From NCBI GenBank assembly GCA_025603075.1, contig MU626258.1:321457-385456 (forward strand): a stretch of DNA of 64,000 bases. Direction: 5' to 3'. Shown here piece after piece: positions 63,316-64,000 of this stretch. The notes under the pieces were generated by a model. That model had not been told where the DNA came from. It worked only from the letters and a program-made list of their open reading frames with translations, and searched no databases. The stretch is from Neoconidiobolus thromboides FSU 785 (lineage: Eukaryota > Fungi > Entomophthoromycota). Both the position numbers and the translations under genes were made by a program. Each line of letters starts with the position of its first letter. Position 1 is the stretch's first letter.

Positions 63316-64000
63316 TCACTGCGCGCTAAATGGTTTAACCCGGGTACATTCTGGTGAATGGTTCAAGAGACCTCTTACCCAAAGCAAAGCACCATCACAA
63401 GTTCTTCTAGCAACTTCAGCGAATGCTAAACAAGCCACAAATGGGTATTTTTGTTTAGATCTACGAGTACCTTTAGTGCCATGGAACTGTTTAACGTCTG
63501 ATCCGCAGCAACATTGGTACAGATGTGTGACTGCGTTTTTCCTACGTCTAGTGTTACGTGTTTTCCATTTATTTAAAGGTTGACCAAGTTGTTCTAAAGT
63601 CAATTCAAATTGAACTAGAAATTGGTGTGATAGTTCCATATCATCTGCGTCAAACACACGTTTGATTACTTGAATCTTTTCAAGACATTCTCTTTGGTCT
63701 TGGGTTAATAAGAGATGGGAAGGGATACGAATAGATTGACTAGAAACTAAAGGCCCTAAGCGGTTGTTGATCCTAGACATGGAATTTCTATTGTCAGTGT
63801 TGTTTAAATCCATCTCCATGCTCATATTGTTTCCAAATTGTAAAAGCTTAGGCGCATGTTGAGTAAAGGTCAAAAAGCTACCTTTGGGTGGCAAATTGGA
63901 AGTAGAATTAGCAGAGTTAGAATTTGAAGGTGAATAAGGTCTTGGTCCATTAATTACCATAGGAAGTACTTGATCTAATTGATATCGTTGACGACGATGG
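63316..64000 (-). CDS. Partial gene (5' end beyond window) with a C-terminal WRKY/GCM1-like Zn domain
   Basis: Frame open to the window edge; KWKTRNT...LYQCCCG...CLAFAEV...VRGLLNHSPEC. Confidence 0.7.
   Translation of the reverse strand, partial: HRRQRYQLDQVLPMVINGPRPYSPSNSNSANSTSNLPPKGSFLTFTQHAPKLLQFGNNMSMEMDLNNTDNRNSMSRINNRLGPLVSSQSIRIPSHLLLTQDQRECLEKIQVIKRVFDADDMELSHQFLVQFELTLEQLGQPLNKWKTRNTRRRKNAVTHLYQCCCGSDVKQFHGTKGTRRSKQKYPFVACLAFAEVARRTCDGALLWVRGLLNHSPECTRVKPFSAQ

Overview
Very AT-rich eukaryotic DNA with many short (about 50 nt) GT-AG introns and fungal-type genes. An early-diverging fungus (e.g. Zoopagomycota/Entomophthorales-like) is plausible, but that is inference only. I assembled 19 protein-coding genes by hand and found one tRNA-Met: a Zn2Cys6 factor, V-ATPase subunit a, PP1 inhibitor-2, Ssf1/PPAN, WASP, a PH protein, a Kelch-BTB Mds3-like protein, three DGAT2-family genes, a small Tim, an Hrp1-like RRM protein, Sec63, Spb1, a secreted two-domain protein, a hypothetical protein, an RCC1-repeat protein, a group III G-alpha, and a partial gene with a WRKY/GCM-like Zn domain. 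Intergenic DNA holds about 24 copies of one ~107-bp MITE-like element, a ~250-bp long inverted repeat and a decayed LINE 3' end. Best lead: the apparently featureless ORF at 38645-40009 is exon 1 of an intact three-exon, 550-aa gene (38254-40009). Its C-terminal part is a DGAT2 homologue with HPHG replaced by SGEK, and its N-terminal part has eight exact 11-aa repeats. It lies between two catalytically intact DGAT2 genes and shares intron positions with them, making it a candidate lipid-synthesis pseudoenzyme.
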